A DNA stretch of 64,000 nt from Mobula hypostoma. Its lineage: Eukaryota. The DNA is taken from the NCBI RefSeq assembly GCF_963921235.1, contig NC_086097.1, positions 71,238,001 to 71,302,000 of the forward strand, in the 5' to 3' direction. The notes under the pieces were generated by a model. It saw nothing but the letters and a program-made list of their open reading frames with translations, searched no databases and was not told the DNA's origin. The stretch's first letter is position 1. Each line of letters opens with the position of its first letter. This document shows positions 38,003 to 50,930 of the stretch, piece after piece. Position numbers and translations under genes: made by a program.

Positions 38003-41000
38003 TGGCAGAAGGCTTGTTTTGTTTCAGTCTCTAAACAGATGACCTCAGCCAGGACAGATCACACCTTGAGTACTGCCGGGGCGTTTTTGGTTTTCCTTCT
38101 TATTGTCAACTAATCTCAACCCAATAGTTTAATGGATCATTTGCATTTTAGAATTTAATGCTAGATTTTCACATAAACTAAAAAGGCTTTTGCTAGACTA
38201 CCTCCTTCAACTGAACTAACTTTTCAAGATTATTTCCTCCATGTCTTTAGTAACAGGGACAAACATGATGTATTTTCCTTGGGCAGGTGTAACCTAATCA
38301 AAATGAATTAATTTTGAAAAGCTAAGGAGGTTTATAGAAGTTCAAAGGAAAGATTAAGCTATTCCTAAATTTATCTCTTATTCCCAAGGGATCTGGCCTT
38401 CTCCGTGGCTATATTATGGAGCAGCATGGTGCCATCCCTGTCAATCCTTCAAGTGAAGCAAGCTCTCACTGAAATACTCCCTAACCACCTTGCCAGAAGT
38501 ATTTCTTGATCGCCTTCTCCCCAGCTTCCTTCTGACAACCTTGCCCTATTCTGTGACCCCCTCCTCATTCATCAATCTTCCTTTGCGCCGAGTGGGAATT
38601 TCACCAGAGTGCCTATGTATGGAAGCAAAACTGCTTTGCTGAATGGCAAAATCGTTTAAAATAAGATCACAAAATTGTGCCATACAAGTGTATGTGAATG
38701 AAAGGGGCAGAAAAGAGCCATGAGGTTGATCACTCTTGTTCAGACCATGAAAGAAGTCTTGGACATGCTAATGTTAAGTATTTGCTGAGTATTTACATAC
38801 GGGAGAACAGACTGCAGATGCTGCACATGAGATTTAAACCAGTACAAAGTTAAGTTAGGACAGCTATCATGAGGTTCTTGTAAATAATAGAGTGAATTCA
38901 TACCTGGACAGTAAAGGTGATACCTTTCCTTATGTGAGCTCTTTCATTTTGGCAAAAGGCCAATTCCAGAGACAGTAAAGGCAGTAGAATAATTGCAATT
39001 TGGATAAATGCAGTACTTTGTGCTAAAATGTTGCTGATAGGACACACTTGACTAACTAAAAGTTTCCATGTTCTCTCAGCTCATGCCTCAATCACTGAAA
39101 ATATCCTCACTTCTAGAAAGTATAAATTTAACTATCATTGGTGATATCGAGGTGATGTTATGCTGATAGTCTATGCTGGCTTGCAATTAGATTGAGTTCA
39201 CGCAAATATGCTTTGCAACAAATACTCACAATGAGTGAACAGAGCAGACCTTCTCCCCATTACTTGGGTTGGAGATTCCCTAGAAGTAAAACGTAAAATC
39301 AATTCCATCATACAATATCGTTGTTCTAAGATAAAATTATCAGTTAGATTAAAGAAATTTTTTAAAATAAATCCAAACCAAACACATTTATTTGATTCTT
39401 GTGAGCCTAATTCTATAAAATCTATGAGTCTATGTGTAAACTAGATTACAGGTAAATTTAGGTATTTTATTTGCCTCAGTCCCACTCTTCCCCTCTCTTC
39501 ATCTCGTGTATAGTACCCCAACCCAAAATGGACTGGTGAAAATGCACACTAAAAGGATCCAAATACAGGATAGCTGCTTGGATTAATGGGACTCATTGTG
39601 GAACAAAGCTATTTACGAGGTTTAATTTTGAATAATAAATTCCTTGTTATAATTAATATACCACAATTACCTACTGACATATGCACTGGAGACCAAATGT
39701 TCAGTGAAGTATTTCAGTCTGTATCAGTTCTATGGAGTGCTTGGGGTCATGACACAATGCTTTTTCATAAAGTCAGCATATTTGTTGCTGATTTAGGCCA
39801 TTGTGTTGATGTGTTGTCAGATGACTAGTTTATTAAATAACTCCTTTTTGCTGATCTGAAGGAGAAGGAAAACTGGTTCTAGAGTCAAAGGAAGATCATG
39901 ATATAGAATAAAACAGACCTTAGTAATGAGATATTGTTCTGATTTAGTGGATGGTGTCCTTTAGGAGTAAGCAAGATTACACATGTGGCTGTGACTGTCA
40001 CTATACTTTGCTGGACTTCACTCTCTCATTAAATTTCTGACCAAATGTCTTTCTATGATGTCAAAGGTGACAAAATTTTACCACTCCTGCTCTTGTCCAG
40101 CTGCAGTAAAACTGCACCTGTCACCTCCCAGGTGTTGCATACAAATTAATCACTCCCATAGCCTGAGAGAGAGAGAACTACAGGCAGAAGAGTCTGACCA
40201 CTGGTTTGCTTGAAAGTGTCCCTCATTGCCTTTATTTTAAGCCTTGGGTTGTGAGGTGAGGGAATAATCTTTTTCTGCCATCAGGAATCAGAGGCATAGT
40301 CTTGAGAAGTGCAATCTGCCTTGTCGACTTGGAATCTTCAAGAATTATTCTAAAAGTTTGTTCTCAGAACCTATTAACCCAGTTGATTGGTTTGTGTCAG
40401 TCCAATCCTAGGCCTGAAAAGGTGTCCAAACAAATTCAATCTTTGTAAGAAACATGGAGGTCAAAATAACTTCAAAGTGCATCCTTCCTTCCCTGTCTGT
40501 CACTGACTTTCTCATTATATTCAATGATATAATAAATTGGATTGACTTAAGGTTCAGACAGAGCATTTAACTTTTCATTTCCATCACTGACTTCCCAAAA
40601 AGCTAATTGCTAAGATGGTTCCAAAAGATAAAGATACGTTTACACTCTTAGAAATACATGCATCTGCACATTAACAATAGGCCTCTTAGTGCCAATTATC
40701 TGTCTTAATTGCATTTGCCTTAAATCAGTCATTAGTGACCATTGAATGAAAGAACTGACAGTGTCCAGGGCTTGTACTTAAGCCTCTTGAAGATTCATCA
40801 TGAAAACAAGGAAAGACAAATCAGTTTTTCTCTACTCTTTTGTTTACTTAGAGAATGGGTCAAATAATTTAATGAGAGGATTACTCATGCTTCAGTTCTA
40901 CTGAAGAAGATTAATTGATATTTTCCTGTAAGGGGTTAACCAGGTGGACCCAGTCCACTCGTCTTTATAGTTAAAGGGAATGTGATTAGTGGAGCAAGTT

Positions 41001-41994
41001 TGACTATTTTTCACAAGAAATTATTCAATTTACTTTGCATGTCCTAGGTTTTGCCTTCTTATGCTTTTGTCAATTTAGGATATGGCAACATACTTGAGTT
41101 CTAGCTAGACACAATTCACTGAATTTGATATGTCTTGCTTGCACCTTGAAACAATATGAAAACTTTTTTTTAAAGCAAAAGGTGATTGATAGTAGGGGGT
41201 AGGATGAACATAAAATAACAAAAACAGTTAAACTTGTACAAGGTAGATGTATCCCGTCTGTATTTCCAGATTTCCAGGGTCACTGAAAGTTCCAAAAGCC
41301 AACTATCCTGCTTTCAAAGGCCAAGTAATTACTTTGAATTTCTACCTGTACTTCTCCTTCTCTGCTCTCCCACTCCACTGCATACTCCCATTTCTCAAAA
41401 TTCTACATCTTTGAGTAGGTTTGAGTCATTTATCTTAATGTAGACTTCTTTATGATATTATTTATCTTGTAATACTCCAGTGAAGCACCCTGGAGTGATT
41501 TACTGTGCAAATGGTGCTAATTTAATGAATTACTCTTAAAAATGTAGGGCCCAGGGCTTTGGAAACTGTATCAACATTTTCTGGTATCAGCAATTTCAAA
41601 TACAAGTTAAACATTATGCAAGTTATGCATTCCTGGCCTACAAAGACAGAGACTTATTGTAAACTATTTGACTCAGCATTGACTGAGCCAGATAAATCTC
41701 ATTCATTTGCAAATTCCTGGTTGACGCAAGGGCAGGATCTGGGATCTTTATGTGTAGCTGCACACGTTCCACTGGTGCATTGAGAGTGTGAACACCACAG
41801 CTTCCTTTGACTCTGGACAGTAATTTTTGAAATCTTGGAGATTGTGCTCCAGGTAGCTCTGTCTCTTCTGTTTATTGTCTGAGTCCTATTTTCAATACCA
41901 CGGGATCCAGGTTAGTTATAAGTGAGGTTTTGCATTTTGTTCCTGTTTAAGTGAAATGCATACATTTTGTGCATGCTTGACACAACCAGTTATA

Positions 41995-42489
41995 CGAGGG
42001 GTGGTTGATAAGTTCGTGGCCTAAAGTAGAAGGCAACAATTTTAGAAAACCTAGTACATTTATTTTTCCTACATTTACACACCTAGTTCAGCGGTCGTGG
42101 AGCATACGGATCCCTTCTTTGTAGAAGTCGGCATCTTGGACCTCCAAAAGTGGTCCACAGCAGGGGTGATTGAAAAGTTTGTGGCCTAAAGTAGAAGGAG
42201 ATGAGTTATTCACTTCAAACTTTCTGCACTTTCACTCAAAGAGTTGAACTGCATGTGCATGTAACAAGAGCTGTATAACTCATCTCCTTCTACCTTAGGC
42301 CACAAACTTATCAATCACCCCTGCTGTGGACCACTTCTGGAGGTCCAAGACGCTGACTTCTACAAAGAAGGGATCCGTATGCTCCACGACCACTGGACTA
42401 AGTGTGTAAATGTAGGAAAAATAAACTTGCTAGTTTTTCTAAAATTGACTCCTTCCACCTTAGACCACAAACTTATCAATCACCCCTCG
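41995..42489. mobile_element. Fold-back mariner-derived MITE
   Basis: TA-flanked CGAGGGG...CCCCTCG ends, ~215-bp inverted arms, each carrying a mariner C-terminal remnant (DFYKEGIRMLHDHWTKCVNVG). Confidence 0.9.
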
Positions 42490-42544
42490 TATGTAGCTGT
42501 CTGACATAGGCATTGCAACAATGCCAATAACTAAGTGTGTTGCT

Positions 42545-42962
42545 AAGAATTCAGAAGGATGAGAGGAGATCTTACAGAAACATATAAAAGTATGAAAGGA
42601 ATAGATAAGCTAGAGGCAGGAAAGTTGTTTTCACTGGTGAGTGAGACTAGAACTCAGGAACATCGTCTCAAGATTCGGGGGAGTAGATTTAGGACAGAGA
42701 TGACAAGGAACTGCTTTCCCAAAGGGTGGTGAATCTGTGGAATTCTCTGCCCTATAAAGCAGTGGAGGCTACCTCAATAAATATATTTCAGACAAGGTTG
42801 GATAGATTTTTGCATAGTAGGAGAATTAAGGGTTATGAGGAAAAGGCAGGTAGGTGGAGATGAGTCCATGGTCAGATCAGCCATGATCTTATTGAATAGT
42901 GGAGCAGGCTGGATGGGCCAGATGACCTACTCCTACTCCTATTTCTTATGATCTTATGTTCT
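42545..42962 (+). mobile_element. CR1 3' end
   Basis: EFRRMRGDL.ETYK..KGIDKL and a ttcttatgatcttatgttctt tail. Confidence 0.9.
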
Positions 42963-43639
42963 TTAAATTTCAAGGAGCTCAGAACACATCCTACACCGGG
43001 CCCTCTGAGTGTCAACAGTCTGGGGATGTGATTGCTGGTCTTGCAATCTCAGGAGAAAGCAAAGAGTCAACTTGCTCACTTTGCGGATAGTTGATTTTCT
43101 TTTCCATTGCCCTCCCCTTTTCTGTTTTCACCTCCTGCCTTGGAATAATTGCCGCATCATCATAAAGCCGTAAACTCAACATTTTACATATCTTTAGTAC
43201 TATTTATGTTGCAAACCATTGACTTCCAGCGAGCAATCGTGATTACTCTATCAGCTATGTAACATAGCTAAGAAAGTTTGATGATACAAAGCTGGATGTC
43301 ACTAGAGACTGTGAGAAGGCTGCAGGGAGAATAGTCAGAGAGATTGCCAGAAGAGCATAGTAGTTAATCGAATGCATAATCACCGGATATGGGTATGCAA
43401 TGAGAGTCAACAGTATTCATAAAGAACACACATGCAGAGATAATATATTGTAAAAGTTGTTTGAGAGTGCATTGCTGACTGTTCATGTGTCTGATAGTAA
43501 GGTCTGGGTGCACCATCTGTTTCACTATAGATTTACAGTTGAAATAGATATTGCATATTGATGACAGAAGAAAGAGACCAGGATAGAGAGAAAAGCAATT
43601 AGACTACAGAAACCGACCTGCAGAGGATAGCAGGAGAAT

Positions 43640-46320
43640 ATAAGAATTAGAAGCAGGAGAATCACCGTTCAGACACTTGTGCCCACTCCTCTATTCAAAA
43701 AGATCATGGCTGCTGTTTTACTTCAACCCCACTTTCTTGACTTAACACTTTTTTCTTTAACTCATTTAATATCCAAAAATCTGTCAATCTTTGTCTTCAT
43801 AATCCACTGACAATGCCTCAATAGCCCAAAGGTTGGGGCAACAGTTTCCAAACATTCAAAATAAGATGAGAAGTCCAAAGCTGCACCTACTCTTTGGGTG
43901 AAGACTTCTCATTTCACCTTGAATAGCTGACCCTTGGCCGGAGACTGTGACCCCCAACTAGACATCCCAGTCAGGGGAAATATCATCCTTGTAACTATCC
44001 TGAAAAGTCCCATCAGATTTTACTGGTGTATTGAAATCCTTCAGTAAGAAAGGCCAATTTACCATTTGCCTGTGTAATATCTTGGAGCACCTATGCATTA
44101 ACTTTTAATGATTTGTGCACAGGGTCCCTCAAGTCTATCTGAACACAAGCACCATTAACCTCTTGACATTTAAAAAAAACTCTGCTTTCCTATTTTTGCT
44201 GCCATAATACATTGCTTCGCACTTTTCAATGTGATTTTCAATCTGCAAATGCTATTCTTCTTTATCCTTCTCATGAACTGTAGTGGCATCCAGCTTTGTA
44301 TCACCAAACCTGCATCATTTTACTCTTAATTTTCACATTCAAATCAGTGATATGGGCCATTAATAGCTAGCTGGTCCCTGTGTCATGTCATGAGTCACAT
44401 CCTTTCAATCTAAAAAAAGTTGATTTATTGCTACTTTCTATTCTCTGTGCATTAACAAATTTCCAAATCACAGCAAATTATTCCAATCCCATTTGTTCTG
44501 ATTTTGCTGAATATCCTCTGGTCAAGCATCTTGCTGAAGGCCTTTAAACGTCCAAATACTATATACCATGCCCACTGGATCTGCCCCAGATATTTGCTGT
44601 TTATAACCTGAATAAGCTAAAAGACTTTCATAAACTTCTGTTTTCTCTTCCCAATCCTATTATTATTTTCTAAATACCTTTCCAGCATTAGTAATAGATT
44701 CTGGTATTTCTCCTATCGCTGTACCTATTCGTTTAACTACTCAAGTGCTGCTGCAAAACAATAATTTCATGACATATCAGCCAATGATAATGACCCTGGT
44801 TCAGACTATTAACATCAGTCTGACTACCTGGAGTTCCCTTTTCTTTCTCTTGTTCTTTTCTTAATTTGTGGGATTATATCAGCACATCACACAAACCAAT
44901 CTTTCATCCGTGGACTCACTTTACACCGCACGCTGTCGGAGCAGTGCTGCCAGGATAATCAAGTGCACGACCCACCCAGCCAACAGACTTTTCGTCCCTC
45001 TTCCCTCCGGGAGAAGGTTCAGGAGCTTGAAGACTCATACGGCCAGATTTGGGAACAGCTTCTTTCCAACTGTGATAAAACTGCTGAACAGATCCTGACC
45101 CGGACCCTCCAAATATCCGGACCTGCCTCTCGGTTTCTTTTGCACTACCTTACTTCCCATTTTTCTATTTTCTATTTTCTATTTATGATTTTTAATTTGT
45201 TTTTAATATTTACTAATTTTAACTATTTTTAGTATTTAATATTTGTAATCCAGGGAGTGTGAAGTGCAGAATCAAATATCGCTGTGATTGTATGTTCTAG
45301 TACCAATTGTTTGGCGACAATAAAGTATAAAGTATATGTGCTACCTTGCAACAGATAGGAACCGCTCTCGAGCCAATGGAATTTTGGGAATGCATCACTA
45401 TCCCCATTGCCACCACTTTCAAAGCCTTAGGAAGCCAGCTTTTGGCCCCTGGGAATTTATTGGCTTTCAATCCCACTAATTCCTCCATTTTTTAAAACTT
45501 TTGCTCATATCTTTCAGCTCCTCACTTAGTCTGGATGTGTTGCCCATTATTACTGAGAAATTTCTGTATCTTTTTCTGTGAAGATATAAACTATTTGTTT
45601 AATTTCTTTGTCATTTTGTTAACTCAGTCTGCAAATAGACCCACATTAAATGTTACTAATCTTTTCACTTTTGACATACTAATATACATCTTTGTATAAT
45701 TTTATGGTTTGCATCTATGTTCCCCACTACTTATTTTCCTTTTCCTTGATCCTCTACTGAAGTGTGAAATCTTCTCAGTCTTCTTATTAGCTATTTGTTC
45801 TTGGCAACATTGATCTAGTACCATTTTTAACACGTCTTATTAGCAATTTTCCTGTTGTTTCTTCTACCTTAATAACATATAAATTTGAAGTAAACAGTAA
45901 AATTCTCCAAATTTTAGCTCTTGCATGTTTACTATCGAATTTATTAAAATAACTTTTCAATATACCATTGCCAAAAAGACTTCATACAATTGTGGATTGT
46001 TTTGGTTCATTTTTTAAATATTTGTTTTAGGTTTATTTAAATGATTTTCAATGTTCATATAAAATTCAGTCATTCTTTTCTAAAAGCCTTTAATTATCAG
46101 ATCATGTATTAGTTATACAATATTTTATCAAAAATACCCTGTCTCCTTTTGGCCCCTCAACATACTGGCCAAGAAAAACATCTCTATACACTCTATGAAT
46201 TTGTCCTCTTTACTAATACATCTAATTTTGATGCTCCAACGTATGTGTAGTTTAAAGTCATCCAGAACTAATGTATTATCCACATTATATGCTCCACTAA
46301 TTTCTTCCGTTACGCTATGC
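43640..46320 (-). mobile_element. Old, heavily decayed CR1 LINE
   Basis: CR1 3' UTR at ~43640-43760, MEEL.GLKANK.PG...PKALK.VA (45297-45488), and an endonuclease-like LVLDDF...I.W segment (~46130-46320). Confidence 0.7.
44880..45335 (+). mobile_element. Rex1/Babar 3' end inserted in the old CR1
   Basis: AARIIK.TTHPAN.LFVPLPSGRRFRSLKTHTARFGNSFFP and an aataaagtataaagtat tail. Confidence 0.85.
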
Positions 46321-46334
46321 CCTCCACTATGCGG

Positions 46335-46719
46335 GTGGAGATAAAGATGGCACCAGAAGACGATATCTCCCAGCCCATCAGCTGAACAGTTTAAATTCTT
46401 CTTCTTGCTGGTGCCTTTTCTCTCCTTTACAAGGTGGCGGGGGCCCTGTTGGAGTCTGTGATCTACAGCTACACTCAAACTGCGGTTCTTCATGGCAGCA
46501 TGTTAGCGTTCTTGGAGTTCGCCAATCAGCCACATTTTCAATAACTCCAGGAGCAGTTTGGAAGTCGGGCACCTTTGGGGTACGGCCTTGCATGGCCCTG
46601 TGGACTTGATTTCTAGCTGGTGTCATGAACTGAAGCATTGCAGGAACATTGAGACTGCCCATACGGATGTTGGAGGCCTCTGCACTCAGGTGATCGCTTG
46701 CTCTCTTTCTCTCTCTCTC

Positions 46720-46778
<59 letters not shown>

Positions 46779-47270
46779 CAATGGTGAGTGAGAGTTTTGA
46801 GTTGGTTCTTGAGTTGGGGATAACTCGGAATAAAAGCAGCACTACAAATTTGAACAGACTGTAACATCGAAACAGTGAGCTGTTTTGTCTCCCCTCTCGC
46901 TGTGGAAGGAGTGATATCACTCTCTACCTTGTTAGTGAGAAAGCGACCCTGTGCGATATTGAACTGCAGGGATGAACAGTCGGTTTTGATGTACTGTAGA
47001 CCACGGTCTCTCTTTAGGGCTTTGCTGTTGCTTGCATGGTGGGTGGTGGGAGTGCTGATGCTATCTGCTGGAATAAGAGGGAAAGGTCTGATGTTGCTTA
47101 CAGCTGCTTGTGCATGGGAAGGAGGCAAGGGTGTTTGGGGTTCTTACATTTTTTTCCTCTCATTCATTCTTTGGGGTTTTCTTCTGTTTTGAGGATGTCT
47201 ATGAAAAGTAAGAATTTCAAGTTGTGTTCTGTGTACATTCTCTGATATTAACTGGCACCGTTGAACCATT
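46335..47270 (+). mobile_element. Probable non-autonomous retroelement with internal (CT)n
   Basis: Its 3' 200 bp (cattcattctttgggg...aagaatttca.gttgt...gtacattctctgat...ttgaaccatt) recurs at 61960-62140. The tail resembles the Rex1 3' UTRs in this window. Confidence 0.55.
46701..46774. repeat. (CT)n microsatellite
   Basis: Direct reading. Confidence 0.95.
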
Positions 47271-47579
47271 ATTCTATGTATAAGCTCTAAGATCCACTGA
47301 AGGCCAGCCATTTATTCTGGATTGAACATGCTTTGTAAGAAAGTTACCACAAATGTGCCAAACCAATACAGTCAGCTAAAAAATGACACAACAGAGAGAA
47401 AATAGTCAAGTTATAAGTTAAAGCCTTAGAAATAATCCAAAAAGGGATACACAGAGGAGGTTACATTGTGACTTCAAAAGAGAGAGCATGATAGAGGAAA
47501 GAGTAACACAACAGAAAAGCGAAACGTCTGGCAGCATTGTGACCCATATAGACTCTGTCTGATCTGCTGATTAATTTAG

Positions 47580-47830
47580 TTAAGTGATGGGGCAAGTGAA
47601 GTTGAGTGAAGTTATCCCTTCTGGTTCAAGAGCCTGATGGTTGAGGAATAAAAATTATTCCTGAAGCTGACGGTGTGGGTCTTGAAGCTCCTCTAACCTT
47701 CTTCCTGATGTCAGCAGCAAGAATGGAGCAAGGCCTGGGGTGGTGTAGGTCTCACGGATGCTGCTTTCCTATGACAGTGCTCTTTGGGGTGCGGGGGGAG
47801 AGCTTTACCATGATGGACTGGGCAATATAG
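47580..47830 (-). mobile_element. Rex1/Babar fragment
   Basis: Homologous to 19510-19740 (gttcaagagcctgatggttgagg). Confidence 0.75.
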
Positions 47831-48865
47831 GCACAACAATGATTCATCACCACTTGAAAAACACAAGACAGGGTTTGGCCAGTAGAGAATGTATAATGGT
47901 ATATATTGTAATACTGAGTCCCTTGTGCAACAAGAGCACAAAAATGTGGATGAAAACAAATGGTTGCCAAGACATGAAGTTTCCATTGCTTCAAGAAGCC
48001 AGTCTGTGAAGGTTTACCAATCTGACTCAGCAAATGTTACAAAAACCTTGCAAATGTGGTCTCAGCAAACAAAGGGTATTATTTTATTGCAGTCATTTAC
48101 TTCTATTAAATACTGTTTGAGATTTCAATCAAATGTATTCAGCAAAAGGTCTTGAACGCACCTGCATTGACAAATATGCTAACACTGGAAATTTCCATTG
48201 CGATGTAACTTGGCAATAAAATAGATCATGTGAATTCTCTTCATTCATTGCTTGAATTATAGCCAGCTCTCCCTATAATGGTCAGCTACTTAGCCATTTA
48301 ATTGGATATTATCTGCAATGATGTTAATTAATGCAGTCATCTGATTGAACACTAAGATGATAAATTAGATGAGTAAAATGTTTTGCATTTCTGAAGTAGC
48401 ATTTGCATTCATGGTACCAATTGTGCACCCAATGTAGAGCTGCTGACATCAACTGCAGCTAAATGAAATGTAAATAAAATCAAATTTTGTAGTGATCAGT
48501 GATCCTGAAAATACTCAACCATCCTTGCAGATGATTTCACTAACAGATTAAAAACTTGGCAGGATAATATCACTACAATATCATGTGACAAAGGCCGGAG
48601 AATAAGATGACACTGAAAGGAGTATATTTGCAGCAGACTATCTGACATGGGACTTGCGGTACCATGAGCGGTTGAACAATTTCCGTCACAAAAAGGAATG
48701 GTATCTGTAGACAGCAGGGAACCTGTTTCACTGTTGATTGGACTGTCTGCTGTGTCAATGAGTACAGAGTCAATACTGGCATTGGCTTCATGATACATAT
48801 CCATCAGCTATCTCTAGCTTTAGCTTATGTGGTAGTGCGTCAGAGCAAAGCAGAGGCAGAATATA

Positions 48866-49581
48866 CAGTGGCATGTAGAAGTTTGGGCACCCCGGTCAAA
48901 ATTTCTGTTACTGTGAATAGCTTTGGGCATGTGTTGCAGCCAGTGGCATGGGGAACATTTACTGGCTGAGGGAAGAATGAATTCAATTAAATACCAGCAA
49001 ATTCTGGAAACAAACATCACACCGTCTGTAAAAAAGCCAAAGATGAAAAGAGGATGGCTTCTACAACAGGATAATGAACCTAAACACACATCAAAATCCA
49101 CAATGGACTACCTCAAGAGACGCAAGCTGAGGGTTTTGCCATGGCCCTCACAGTCCCCTGATCTAAACATCATTGAGAGTCTGTGGATAGATCTCAAAAG
49201 AGCGGTGCATGCAAGATGGCCCAAGAATCTCACAGAACTAGAAGACTTTTACAAGGAAAAATGGGTGAAAATCCCCCAAACAAGAATTGGAAGACTCTTA
49301 GCTGGCTACAAAAAGCATTTACAAGCTGTGATACTTGCCAAAGGGGGTGTTACTAAGTACTGTCGTGCAGGGTACCCAAACTTTTGCTTCAGGCCCTTTT
49401 CCTTTTTTGTTATTTTGAAACTGTAAAAGATGGAAATAAAAAAGTTTTCTTGCTAAAAATATTAAAGAAATGTGTCATCTTTAGACTTATGCCTTTTGGA
49501 AATCAGGTCATCTTTTACTCGCTTAGCTATTCACAGTAACAGAAATTTTGACCGGGGTGCCCAAACTTTTGCATGCCACTG
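48866..49581 (+). mobile_element. Internally deleted Tc1 transposon (D34E spacing, IR/DR type)
   Basis: TA flanks; 57-bp TIRs with 2 mismatches; ORF 48923-49426 QQDNEPKH...WPSQSPDLNIIE with 34 residues between D and E; inner direct repeat at 49370-49387. Confidence 0.95.
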
Positions 49582-49837
49582 TACCTTGAAAGTGGCATCA
49601 GAGAATTTGAGTCTCATCTCTCAGGGACAAATGTCCATTTTATTATTACTGGATACTTTGGAGACATTCACCATGTCATTCCATTCAAGAAATGGAACGC
49701 TACTTTCTTCTTTATGAAAGAAATAGGAGGGGTGCTGGCTGCTATCTCAATCATTACTGGGTTTTTTTTCTATGTCCTCTATGCTGTCACTAACCTTTCA
49801 CAACTGATAGGAGGATTGAAACTATAATGAGGAACAG

Positions 49838-50930
49838 GATGAGGCTATCCTTTCCAGGACATCAGAAATGCCCTCCTTTAAAGAACAAGGTTTCCCTTTC
49901 TCCATCATTGAGGCTGCCCTCACCTGCATCTCCTCCATTTCCTGGACGTCCATGCTCGCATCCATCTTCCCGTCGCCTTAACAGGGATTGAGCTTCTCTT
50001 ATCCTCACCTACCACCCCAGGAGCCTTTACATCCAACACATCATTCTCCACAACTTCCGCCATTTTCAATGGGATCCTACCACCAAACACATCTCCCCCA
50101 CCCTGCCTTCCACAGTGTCTGTCCCTCCATGATTCCCTTGCCCACTCATTCCTCCCTCCTGGCACATATCCTGCAAATGACAGAAGTACTACACCTGCCC
50201 ATTCACTTGCTCCCTTACCTTCATTCATGACACCAGCAGTCCTTCCAGGTGAGGAAACACCACCTGTGGATCTGTTGAGATCATCTGTTGCATCCGGTGC
50301 TCCCAGTGCAGCCTCCTCTACATGAGTGAGTTGGGGGACCACTTTGTCGATCTTCTCTGCTCCATCCACCAAAAGCAGAATTTCCCAGTGGCCAATCATT
50401 TTAATTTCCATCCTCACTCCTGTTCCAATGTTGGTCTATGGGCTCCTCTTTTGCAACAATGAGGCCACTTTCAGGGTGGAGGAGCATTACCTCATATTCT
50501 CTCTGGATAGACTCCAACCTTCTGGAATGAACATCGATATCTCATCCTTCTGGTAATTTCTTTTCTCCTCTCCCTTTCCACTTCTATTGCCATTCTGGCC
50601 TCTTACCTCTTCTCAACTGTCCATCACCTCACCCTGGTGCCCCTCTTCATTCTCTTTCTCCTAAGTTCGACTCTCCTCTTCTATCAGATTCCTTCCTCTC
50701 CAGCCCTATACCTTTCCCACCCACCTACCAACTTCTAGCTATCCTTCTTTCGCTCCCCACACCATTTTATTCTGGTGTCTTCCTCCTTCCTTTCCACTCC
50801 TAATGAAGGGTCTCAGCGTGGAATGTTGACAATTTATTCATTTCCATTAATGCTTTCTGATTTGCCGAGTTCCTCCAATACTTTGTTTGTGTTACTCTGG
50901 ATTCCCACCATCTGCAGAATTCTTTGGGTT
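49838..50930 (+). mobile_element. Penelope-like retroelement: linker, GIY-YIG endonuclease and pseudo-LTR
   Basis: Degenerate IICCIRCSQCSLLY.SE..LGDHFV (GIY-YIG region), C-terminal EEHYLIFSLDRLQPSGMNID, pyrimidine tract, eroded hammerhead at ~50796-50832, and family tail. Confidence 0.85.

Noticed and set aside
48496-48804. 102-aa minus-strand ORF next to the Tc1
   Set aside because: No recognisable homology or splice support.
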